Shown one piece after another: positions 1-11,558 of a stretch of DNA of 64,000 nucleotides. A model generated the notes under the pieces. That model ran no database searches. It was given only the letters and a program-made list of their open reading frames with translations, and was not told the origin of the DNA. Positions within the stretch are counted from its first letter, which is position 1. Every line of letters begins with the position of its first letter. Both the position numbers and the translations under genes were made by a program. The DNA comes from Tubulanus polymorphus (Eukaryota > Animalia > Nemertea), in assembly GCF_964204645.1 (NCBI RefSeq), contig NC_134033.1, positions 62,001 through 126,000 on the forward strand, given 5' to 3'.

Positions 1-1206
1 AGAACCATATTTAGCTAGAAAAATCTGTATCTTTCAACCCATCTACTCGAAATAAGTTCAGTTTACCTTATCCTATCATTTCAGATCGAGTCTATCATCT
101 TCAGAACCAAATGCAGCCAGAAAATTCTGAATCTTTCCACCTATCTATTTGAAATCAGTTCAATACGCCTTAACCCATCTTTTCACATTGATCCATCATC
201 TTTAGAAACAAAAGCAGCCAGAAAATTCTGTTTCTTTCCACCTATCTATTTGAAATCAGTTCAATACGACTTAACCCATCTTTTCCGATTGAATCCATCA
301 TCTTCAGAACCAAAAGCAGCCAGAAAATTCTGATTCTTTCCACCTATCGATTTTAAATCAGTTCAATAAGCCTTAACCCATCTTTTCAGATTGAATCCAT
401 CATGTTTAGAACCAAAAGCAGCCAGAAAATTCTGTTTCTTTCCACCTATTTATTTTAAATCAGTTCAATAAGCCTTAACCCATCTTTTCAGATTGAATCC
501 ATCATCTTCAGAACCAAAAGCAGCCAGAAAATTCTGATTCTTTCCACCTATCTATTTTAAATCAGTTCAATACGCCTTTACTCATCTTTTCAGATTGAAT
601 CCATCATCTTCAGAACCAAAAGCAGCCAGAAAATTCTTACTCTTTCCACCTATCTATTTGATATCAGTTCAATACACCCAAACCCATCAATTAAGATAGA
701 ATTCATCATCTTTAGAACCATATTTAGCTAGAAAAATCTGTATCTTTCAACCCATCTATTCGAAATCAGTTCAGTTTACCTTATCCTATCATTTCAGATC
801 GAGTCTATCATCTTCAGAACCAAAAGCAGCCAGAAAATTCTGATTCTTTCAACCTATCTATTTGAAATCAGTTCAATACGCCTTTACTCATCTTTTCAGA
901 TTGAATCCATCATCTTTAGAACCAAAAGCAGCCAGAAAATTCTGTTTCTTTCCACCTATCTATTTGAAATCAGTTCAATAAGCCTTTACTCATCTTTTCA
1001 GATTGAATCCATCATCTTTAGAACCAAAAGCAGCCAGAAAAGTCTGTTTCTTTCCACCTATCTATTTGAAATCAGTTCAATACGCCTTTACTCATCTTTT
1101 CAGATTGAATCCATCATCTTTAGAACCAAAAGCAGCCAGAAAATTCTGTTTGTTTCCACCTATCTATTTGAAATCAGTTCAATACACCCAAACCCATCAA
1201 TTAAGA

Positions 1207-1308
1207 TAGAATTCATCATCTTTAGAACCATATTTAGCTAGAAAAATCTGTATCTTTCAACCCATCTACTCGAAATAAGTTCAGTTTACCTTAACCTATC
1301 ATTTCGGA
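1207..1308 (+). repeat. Representative divergent type B monomer (TAGAATTCATCATCTTTAGAACCATATTTAGCTAGAAAAATCTGTATCTTTCAACCCATCTACTCGAAATAAGTTCAGTTTACCTTAACCTATCATTTCGGA)
   Basis: 102 bp and colinear with type A, differing at roughly 20% of positions. I counted 22 copies in the first 10.4 kb (about 1 in 4-5 monomers). Confidence 0.95.
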
Positions 1309-2838
1309 TCGAGTCTATCATCTTCAGAACCAAATGCAGCCAGCAAATTCTGATTCTTTCCACCTATCTATTTTAAATCAGTTCAATGCGCCTTAACCCA
1401 TCTTTTCAGATTGAATCCATCATCTTCAGAACCAAAAGCAGCCAGAAAATTCTTATTCTTTCCACCTATTTATTTGAAATCAGTTCAATAAGCCTTAACC
1501 CATCTTTTCAGATTGAATCCATCATCTTCAGAACCGAAAGCAGCCAGAAAATTCTGATTCTTTCCACCTATCTATTTTAAATCAGTTCAATGCGCCTTAA
1601 CCCATCTTTTCAGATTGAATCCATCATCTTCAGAACCGAAAGCAGCCAGAAAATTCTTATTCTTTCCACCTATTTATTTTAAATCAGTTCAATAAGCCTT
1701 AACCCATCTTTTCAGATTGAATCCATCATCTTTAGAACCAAAAGCAGCCAGAAAATTCTGTTTCTTTCCACCTATCTATTTGAAATCAGTTCAATAAGCC
1801 TTTACTCATCTTTTCAGATTGAATCCATCATCTTTAGAACCAAAAGCAGCCAGAAAAGTCTGTTTCTTTCCACCTATCTATTTGAAATCAGTTCAATACG
1901 CCTTTACTCATCTTTTCAGATTGAATCCATCATCTTTAGAACCAAGAGCAGCCAGAAAATTCTGTTTCTTTCCACCTATCTATTTGAAATCAGTTCAATA
2001 CGCCTTTACTCATCTTTTCAGATTGAATCCATCATCTTCAGAACCAAAAGCAGCCAGAAAATTCTTATTCTTTCCACCTATCTATTTGATATCAGTTCAA
2101 TACACCCAAACCCATCAATTAAGATAGAATTCATCATCTTTAGAACCATATTTAGCTAGAAAAATCTGTATCTTTCAACCCATCAACTCGAAATAAGTTC
2201 AGTTTACCTTAACCTATCATTTCGGATCGAGTCTATCATCTTCAGAACCAAATGCAGCCAGAAAATTCTGATTCTTTCCACCTATCTATTTTAAATCAGT
2301 TCAATACGCCTTTACTCATCTTTTCAGATTGAATCCATCATCTTTAGAACCAAAAGCAGCCAGAAAATTCTTATTCTTTCCACCTATCTATTTGATATCA
2401 GTTCAATACACCCAAACCCATCAATTAAGTTATAATTCATCATCTTTAGAACCATATTTAGCTAGAAAAATCTGTATCTTTCAACCCATCTACTCGAAAT
2501 AAGTTCAGTTTACCTTAACCTATCATTTCGGATCGAGTCTATCATCTTCAGAACCAAATGCAGCCAGAAAATTCTTATTCTTTCCACCTATCTATTTGAT
2601 ATCAGTTCAATACACCCAAACCCATCAATTAAGTTATAATTCATCATCTTTAGAACCATATTTAGCTAGAAAAATCTGTATCTTTCAACCCATCTACTCG
2701 AAATAAGTTCAGTTTACCTTAACCTATCATTTCGGATCGAGTTTATCATCTTCAGAACCAAATGCAGCCAGAAAATTCTGATTCTTTCCACCTATCTATT
2801 TGAAATCAGTTCAATACGCCTTAACCCATCTTTTCAGA

Positions 2839-2940
2839 TTGAATCCATCAACTTCAGAAGCATAAGTAGTCAGAAAATTATTAATCTTTCAACCAATCTA
2901 TTAAAAATCAGTTCTGTACATCCTAACCCATCAATTAAGA
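2839..2940 (+). repeat. Representative type C monomer (AACTTCAGAAGCATAAGTAGTCAG...AACCAATCTATTAAAAATCAGTTCTGTACATCCTAACCCATCAATT)
   Basis: A distinct haplotype recurring at about 2.84, 3.96, 5.49, 7.02, 8.66, 14.26 kb and onward to 63.40 kb. In every copy I checked it directly precedes a type B monomer. Confidence 0.93.
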
Positions 2941-3209
2941 TAGAATTCATCATCTTTAGAACCATATTTAGCTAGAAAAATCTGTATCTTTCAACCCATC
3001 TACTCGAAATAAGTTCAGTTTACCTTAACCTATCATTTCGGATCGAGTCTAACATCTTCAGAACCAAATGCAGCCAGAAATTCTTATTCTTTCCACCTAT
3101 TTATTTTAAATCAGTTCAATAAGCCTTAACCCATCTTTTCAGATTGAATCCATCATCATCTTTAGAACCAAAAGCAGCCAGAAAATTCTTATTCTTTCCA
3201 CCTATCTAT

Positions 3210-6200
3210 TTGATATCAGTTCAATACACCCAAACCCATCAATTAAGATAGAATTCATCATCTTTAGAACCATATTTAGCTAGAAAAATCTGTATCTTTC
3301 AACCCATCAACTCGAAATAAGTTCAGTTTACCTTAACCTATCATTTCGGATCGAGTCTATCATCTTCAGAACCAAATGCAGCCAGAAAATTCTGATTCTT
3401 TCCACCTATCTATTTTAAATCAGTTCAATACGCCTTTACTCATCTTTTCAGATTGAATCCATCGTCTTTAGAACCAAAAGCAGCCAGAAAATTCTGTTTC
3501 TTTCCACCTATCTATTTGAAATCAGTTCAATACGCCTTTACTCATCTTTTCAGATTGAATCCATCATCTTTAGAACCAAAAGCAGCTAGAAAATTCTGTT
3601 TCTTTCCACCTATCTATTTGAAATCAGTTCAATACGCCTTTACTCATCTTTTCAGATTGAATCCATCATCTTCAGAACCAAAAGCAGCCAGAAAATTCTT
3701 ATTCTTTCCACCTATCTATTTGATATCATTTCAATACACCCAAACCCATCAATTAAGTTATAATTCATCATCTTTAGAACCATATTTAGCTAGAAAAATC
3801 TGTATCTTTCAACCCATCTACTCGAAATAAGTTCAGTTTACCTTAACCTATCATTTCGGATCGAGTCTATCATCTTCAGAACCAAATGCAGCCAGAAAAT
3901 TCTGATTCTTTCCACCTATCTATTTTAAATCAGTTCAATACGCCTTAACCCATCTTTTCAGATTGAATCCATCAACTTCAGAAGCATAAGTAGTCAGAAA
4001 ATTCTTAATCTTTCAACCAATCTATTAAAAATCAGTTCTGTACATCCTAACCCATCAATTAAGATAGAATTCATCATCTTTAGAACCATATTTAGCTAGA
4101 AAAATCTGTATCTTTCAACCCATCTACTCGAAATAAGTTCAGTTTACCTTAACCTATCATTTCGGATCGAGTCTATCATCTTCAGAACCAAATGCAGCCA
4201 GAAAATTCTGATTCTTTCCACCTATCTATTTTAAATCAGTTCAATACGCCTTTACTCATCTTTTCAGATTAAATCCATCATCTTTAGAACCAAATGCAGA
4301 CAGAAAATTCTGTTTCTTTCCACCTATCTATTTGAAATCAGTTCAATGCGCCTTAACCCATCTTTTCAGATTGATTCCATCATCTTCAGAACCAAAAGCA
4401 GCCAGAAAATTCTGATTCTTTCCACCTATCTATTTTAAATCAGTTCAATACACCTTTACTCATCTTTTCAGATTGAATCCATCATCTTTAGAACCAAAAG
4501 CAGCCAGAAAATTCTGTTTCTTTCCACCTATATATTTGAAATCAGTTCAATACGCCTTTACTCATCTTTTCAGATTGAATCCATCATCTTTAGAACCAAA
4601 AGCAGCCAGAAAATTCTGTTTCTTTCCACCTATCTATTTGAAATCAGTTCAATACGCCTTTACTCATCTTTTCAGATTGAATCCATCATCTTCAGAACCA
4701 AAAGCAGCCAGAAAATTCTTATTCTTTCCACCTATCAATTTGATATCAGTTCAATACACCCAAACCCATCAATTAAGATAGAATTCATCATCTTTAGAAC
4801 CATATTTAGCTAGAAAAATCTGTATCTTTCAACCCATCAACTCGAAATAAGTTCAGTTTACCTTAACCTATCATTTCGGATCGAGTCTATCATCTTCAGA
4901 ACCAAATGCAGCCAGAAAATTCTGATTCTTTCCACCTATCTATTTTAAATCAGTTCAATACGCCTTTACTCATCTTTTCAGATTGAATCCATCGTCTTTA
5001 GAACCAAAAGCAGCCAGAAAATTCTGTTTCTTTCCACCTATCTATTTGAAATCAGTTCAATACGCCTTTACTCATCTTTTCAGATTGAATCCATCGTCTT
5101 TAGAACCAAAAGCAGCCAGAAAATTCTGTTTCTTTCCACCTATCTATTTGAAATCAGTTCAATACGCCTTTACTCATCTTTTCAGATTGAATCCATCATC
5201 TTCAGAACCAAAAGCAGCCAGAAAATTCTTATTCTTTCCACCTATCTATTTGATATCAGTTCAATACACCCAAACCCATCAATTAAGTTATAATTCATCA
5301 TCTTTAGAACCATATTTAGCTAGAAAAATCTGTATCTTTCAACCCATCTACTCGAAATAAGTTCAGTTTACCTTAACCTATCATTTCGGATCGAGTCTAT
5401 CATCTTCAGAACCAAATGCAGCCAGAAAATTCTGATTCTTTCCACCTATCTATTTGAAATCAGTTCAATACGCCTTAACCCATCTTTTCAGATTGAATCC
5501 ATCAACTTCAGAAGCATAAGTAGTCAGAAAATTCTTAATCTTTCAACCAATCTATTAAAAATCAGTTCTGTACATCCTAACCCATCAATTAAGATAGAAT
5601 TCATCATCTTTAGAACCATATTTAGCTAGAAAAATCTGTATCTTTCAACCCATCTACTCGAAATAAGTTCAGTTTACCTTAACCTATCATTTCGGATCGA
5701 GTCTATCATCTTCAGAACCAAATGCAGCCAGAAAATTCTGATTCTTTCCACCTATCTATTTTAAATCAGTTCAATACGCCTTTACTCATCTTTTCAGATT
5801 AAATCCATCATCTTTAGAACCAAATGCAGACAGAAAATTCTGTTTCTTTCCACCTATCTATTTGAAATCAGTTCAATGCGCCTTAACCCATCTTTTCAGA
5901 TTGATTCCATCATCTTCAGAACCAAAAGCAGCCAGAAAATTCTGATTCTTTCCACCTATCTATTTTAAATCAGTTCAATACACCTTTACTCATCTTTTCA
6001 GATTGAATCCATCATCTTTAGAACCAAAAGCAGCCAGAAAATTCTGTTTCTTTCCACCTATCTATTTGAAATCAGTTCAATACGCCTTTACTCATCTTTT
6101 CAGATTGAATCCATCATCTTTAGAACCAAAAGCAGCCAGAAAATTCTGTTTCTTTCCACCTATCTATTTGAAATCAGTTCAATACGCCTTTACTCATCTT

Positions 6201-7372
6201 TTCAGATTGAATCCATCATCTTCAGAACCAAAAGCAGCCAGAAAATTCTTATTCTTTCCACCTATCAATTTGATATCAGTTCAATACACCCAAACCCATC
6301 AATTAAGATAGAATTCATCATCTTTAGAACCATATTTAGCTAGAAAAATCTGTATCTTTCAACCCATCAACTCGAAATAAGTTCAGTTTACCTTAACCTA
6401 TCATTTCGGATCGAGTCTATCATCTTCAGAACCAAATGCAGCCAGAAAATTCTGATTCTTTCCACCTATCTATTTTAAATCAGTTCAATACGCCTTTACT
6501 CATCTTTTCAGATTGAATCCATCGTCTTTAGAACCAAAAGCAGCCAGAAAATTCTGTTTCTTTCCACCTATCTATTTGAAATCAGTTCAATACGCCTTTA
6601 CTCATCTTTTCAGATTGAATCCATCGTCTTTAGAACCAAAAGCAGCCAGAAAATTCTGTTTCTTTCCACCTATCTATTTGAAATCAGTTCAATACGCCTT
6701 TACTCATCTTTTCAGATTGAATCCATCATCTTCAGAACCAAAAGCAGCCAGAAAATTCTTATTCTTTCCACCTATCTATTTGATATCAGTTCAATACACC
6801 CAAACCCATCAATTAAGTTATAATTCATCATCTTTAGAACCATATTTAGCTAGAAAAATCTGTATCTTTCAACCCATCTACTCGAAATAAGTTCAGTTTA
6901 CCTTAACCTATCATTTCGGATCGAGTCTATCATCTTCAGAACCAAATGCAGCCAGAAAATTCTGATTCTTTCCACCTATCTATTTGAAATCAGTTCAATA
7001 CGCCTTAACCCATCTTTTCAGATTGAATCCATCAACTTCAGAAGCATAAGTAGTCAGAAAATTCTTAATCTTTCAACCAATCTATTAAAAATCAGTTCTG
7101 TACATCCTAACCCATCAATTAAGATAGAATTCATCATCTTTAGAACCATATTTAGCTAGAAAAATCTGTATCTTTCAACCCATCTACTCGAAATAAGTTC
7201 AGTTTACCTTAACCTATCATTTCGGATCGAGTCTATCATCTTCAGAACCAAATGCAGCCAGAAAATTCTGATTCTTTCCACCTATCTATTTTAAATCAGT
7301 TCAATACGCCTTTACTCATCTTTTCAGATTAAATCCATCATCTTTAGAACCAAATGCAGACAGAAAATTCTG
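3210..7372. repeat. Higher-order repeat, 1530 bp (15 monomers), ~2.7 copies
   Basis: ORF starts 3453/4983/6513 and 4473/6003. Marker 'aaatgcagacag' at ~4292/5822/7352. Confidence 0.92.
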
Positions 7373-7430
7373 ATTCTTTCCACCTATCTATTTTAAATCA
7401 GTTCAATACGCCTTTACTCATCTTTTCAGA

Positions 7431-7532
7431 TTGAATCCATCATCTTTAGAACCAAAAGCAGCCAGAAAATTCTGTTTCTTTCCACCTATCTATTTGAAAT
7501 CAGTTCAATACGCCTTTACTCATCTTTTCAGA
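7431..7532 (+). repeat. Representative major (type A) monomer: TTGAATCCATCATCTTTAGAACCAAAAGCAGCCAGAAAATTCTGTTTCTTTCCACCTATCTATTTGAAATCAGTTCAATACGCCTTTACTCATCTTTTCAGA
   Basis: Read directly: 102 bp, 31 A, 36 T, 25 C, 10 G. Exact copies are abundant (e.g. runs at 38031-38336). Common dimorphic sites are p17 T/C, p44-45 GT/GA/TA, p66 G/T, p81 C/A and linked p87+p90 (TTTACTC/TTAACCC). Confidence 0.97.
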
Positions 7533-10500
7533 TTGAATCCATCATCTTTAGAACCAAGAGCAGCCAGAAAATTCTGTTTCTTTCCACCTATCTATTTGAA
7601 ATCAGTTCAATGCGCCTTAACCCATCTTTTCAGATTGATTCCATCATCTTCAGAACCAAAAGCAGCCAGAAAATTCTGATTCTTTCCACCTATCTATTTT
7701 AAATCAGTTCAATACGCCTTTACTCATCTTTTCAGATTGAATCCATCATCTTTAGAACCAAAAGCAGCCAGAAAATTCTGTTTCTTTCCACCTATCTATT
7801 TGAAATCAGTTCAATACGCCTTTACTCATCTTTTCAGATTGAATCCATCATCTTTAGAACCAAAAGCAGCCAGAAAATTCTGTTTCTTTCCACCTATCTA
7901 TTTGAAATCAGTTCAATACGCCTTTACTCATCTTTTCAGATTGAATCCATCATCTTCAGAACCATATTTAGCTAGAAAAATCTGTATCTTTCAACCCATC
8001 AACTCGAAATAAGTTCAGTTTACCTTAACCTATCATTTCGGATCGAGTCTATCATCTTCAGAACCAAATGCAGCCAGAAAATTCTGTTTCTTTCCACCTA
8101 TCTATTTGAAATCAGTTCAATACGCCTTTACTCATCTTTTCAGATTGAATCCATCATCTTCAGAACCAAAAGCAGCCAGAAAATTCTTATTCTTTCCACC
8201 TATCTATTTGATATCAGTTCAATACACCCAAACCCATCAATTAAGTTATAATTCATCATCTTTAGAACCATATTTAGCTAGAAAAATCTGTATCTTTCAA
8301 CCCATCTACTCGAAATAAGTTCAGTTTACCTTAACCTATCATTTCGGATCGAGTCTATCATCTTCAGAACCAAATGCAGCCAGAAAATTCTTATTCTTTC
8401 CACCTATCTATTTGATATCAGTTCAATACACCCAAACCCATCAATTAAGTTATAATTCATCATCTTTAGAACCATATTTAGCTAGAAAAATCTGTATCTT
8501 TCAACCCATCTACTCGAAATAAGTTCAGTTTACCTTAACCTATCATTTCGGATCGAGTTTATCATCTTCAGAACCAAATGCAGCCAGAAAATTCTGATTC
8601 TTTCCACCTATCTATTTGAAATCAGTTCAATACGCCTTAACCCATCTTTTCAGATTGAATCCATCAACTTCAGAAGCATAAGTAGTCAGAAAATTATTAA
8701 TCTTTCAACCAATCTATTAAAAATCAGTTCTGTACATCCTAACCCATCAATTAAGATAGAATTCATCATCTTTAGAACCATATTTAGCTAGAAAAATCTG
8801 TATCTTTCAACCCATCTACTCGAAATAAGTTCAGTTTACCTTAACCTATCATTTCGGATCGAGTCTAACATCTTCAGAACCAAATGCAGCCAGAAATTCT
8901 TATTCTTTCCACCTATTTATTTTAAATCAGTTCAATAAGCCTTAACCCATCTTTTCAGATTGAATCCATCATCATCTTTAGAACCAAAAGCAGCCAGAAA
9001 ATTCTTATTCTTTCCACCTATCTATTTGATATCAGTTCAATACACCCAAACCCATCAATTAAGATAGAATTCATCATCTTTAGAACCATATTTAGCTAGA
9101 AAAATCTGTATCTTTCAACCCATCAACTCGAAATAAGTTCAGTTTACCTTAACCTATCATTTCGGATCGAGTCTATCATCTTCAGAACCAAATGCAGCCA
9201 GAAAATTCTGATTCTTTCCACCTATCTATTTTAAATCAGTTCAATACGCCTTTACTCATCTTTTCAGATTGAATCCATCATCTTTAGAACCAAAAGCAGC
9301 CAGAAAATTCTGTTTCTTTCCACCTATCTATTTGAAATCAGTTCAATACGCTTTTACTCATCTTTTCAGATTGAATCCATCATCTTTAGAACCAAGAGCA
9401 GCCAGAAAATTCTGTTTCTTTCCACCTATCTATTTGAAATCAGTTCAATGCGCCTTAACCCATCTTTTCAGATTGATTCCATCATCTTCAGAACCAAAAG
9501 CAGCCAGAAAATTCTGATTCTTTCCACCTATCTATTTTAAATCAGTTCAATACGCCTTTACTCATCTTTTCAGATTTAATCCATCATCTTTAGAACCAAA
9601 AGCAGCCAGAAAATTCTGTTTCTTTCCACCTATCTATTTGAAATCAGTTCAATACGCCTTTACTCATCTTTTCAGATTGAATCCATCATCTTTAGAACCA
9701 AAAGCAGCCAGAAAATTCTGTTTCTTTCCACCTATCTATTTGAAATCAGTTCAATACGCCTTTACTCATCTTTTCAGATTGATCCATCATCTTTAGAAAC
9801 AAAAGCAGCCTGAAAATTCGGTTTCTTTCCACCTATCTATTTGAAATCAGTTCAATACGCCCTAACCCATCTTTTTAGATTGAATCCATCATCTTCAGAA
9901 CCAAACGCAGCCAGAAAATTCTGATTCTTTCCACCTATCTATTTGAAATCAGTTCAATACGCCTTAACCCATCTTTTCACATTGATCCATCATCTTTAGA
10001 AACAAAAGCAGCCTGAAAATTCGGTTTCTTTCCACCTATCTATTTGAAATCAGTTCAATACGCCCTAACCCATCTTTTTAGATTGAATCCATCATCTTCA
10101 GAACCAAAAGCAGCCAGAAAATTCTGATTCTTTCCACCTATCTATTTTAAATCAGTTCAATGCGCCTTAACCCATCTTTTCAGATTGAATCCATCATCTT
10201 CAGAACCAAAAGCAGCCAGAAAATTCTTATTCTTTCCACCTATTTATTTTAAATCAGTTCCATAAGCCTTAACCCATCTTTTCAGATTGAATCCATCATC
10301 TTTAGAACCAAAAGCAGCAAGAAAATTCTGTTTCTTTCCACCTATCTACTTGAAATCAGTTCAATACACCCAAACCCATCAATTAAGATAGAATTCATCA
10401 TCTTTAGAACCATATTTAGCTAGAAAAATCTGCATCTTTCAACCCATCTACTCGAAATAAGTTCAGCTTACCTTATCCTATCATTTCAGATCGAGTCTAT

Positions 10501-10796
10501 CATCTTCAGAACCAAACGCAGCCAGAAAATTCTGATTTTTTCAACCTATCTATTTGAAATCAGTTCAATACGCCTTAACCCATCTTTTCAGATTGAATCC
10601 ATCATCTTCAGAACCAAAAGCAGCCAGAAAATTCTGTTTCTTTCCACCTACCTATTTGAAATCAGTTCAATACGCCTTAACCCATCTTTTCAGATTGAAT
10701 CCATCATCTTCAGAACCAAAAGCAGCCAGAAAATTCTGTTTCTTTCCACCTATCTATTTGAAATCAGTTCAATACGCCTTTACTCATCTTTTCAGA

Positions 10797-10898
10797 TTGA
10801 ATCCATCAATTTCAGAAGCATAAGTAGCAAGAAAATTCTGAATCTTTCCACCTATCTATTTGAAATCAGTTCAATACGCCTTAACCCATCTTTTCAGA
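10797..10898 (+). repeat. Representative type D monomer (CAATTTCAGAAGC(A/G)TAAGTAGCAA(G/A)AAAATTCTGAATC)
   Basis: C-like 5' part followed by an A-like 3' part. Seen at about 10.80 and 11.21 kb, then again only from 55.45 kb onward. Confidence 0.88.
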
Positions 10899-11558
10899 TT
10901 GAATCCATCATCTTCAGAACCAAAAGCAGCCAGAAAATTCTGTTTCTTTCCACCTACCTATTTGAAATCAGTTCAATACGCCTTAACCCACCTTTTCACA
11001 TTGATCCATCATCTTTAGAAACAAAAGCAGCCAGAAAATTCTGTTTCTTTCCACCTATCTATTTGAAATCAGTTCAATACGCCTTTACTCATCTTTTCAG
11101 ATTGAATCCATCATCTTCAGAACCAAAAGCAGCCAGAAAATTCTTATTATTTCCACCTATTTATTTTAAATCAGTTCAATAAGCCTTTACTCATCTTTTC
11201 AGATTGAATCCATCAATTTCAGAAGCATAAGTAGCAAGAAAATTCTGAATCTTTCCACCTATCTATTTGAAATCAGTTCAATACGCCTTAACCCATCTTT
11301 TCAGATTGAATCCATCATCTTCAGAACCGAAAGCAGCCAGAAAATTCTGATTCTTTCCACCTATCTATTTTAAATCAGTTCAATGCGCCTTAACCCATCT
11401 TTTCAGATTGAATCCATCATCTTCAGAACCGAAAGCAGCCAGAAAATTCTTATTCTTTCCACCTATTTATTTTAAATCAGTTCAATAAGCCTTAACCCAT
11501 CTTTTCAGATTGAATCCATCATCTTTAGAACCAAAAGCAGCCAGAAAATTCTGTTTCT

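Larger units (their letters stand above)
135..9780. repeat. Large segmental duplication, copy 1 (paralog of ~11559-23346)
   Basis: ORF pairs offset by 11424 bp = 112 monomers (1003/12427, 1386/12810, 1819/13243, 3453/14877, 4473/15897, 6513/17937). Shared rare variants at the same offset: 'tatcgatttt' ~348/11772, 'catgttta' ~404/11828, 'cagcaaattc' ~1344/12768, 'atatcatttc' ~3729/15153, 'cctatatatt' ~4532/15956. Confidence 0.93.

Noticed and set aside
1241-1274. Possible 17-bp half-unit within the 34-bp subunit
   Set aside because: Only a short ATCT match at a shifted register, not distinguishable from chance by eye.
1258-1278. CENP-B-box-like motif on the minus strand of B (TTTCGAGTAGATGGGTT)
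   Set aside because: It does not fit NTTCGNNNNANNCGGGN: the spacing is one base short and the conserved A and second CpG are missing.
7464-7473. Heat-shock-element-like AGAAAATTCT (nGAAnnTTCn) in most monomers
   Set aside because: Only two pentamers are present, whereas canonical HSEs need three or more in alternating register, and the flanks do not supply a third.
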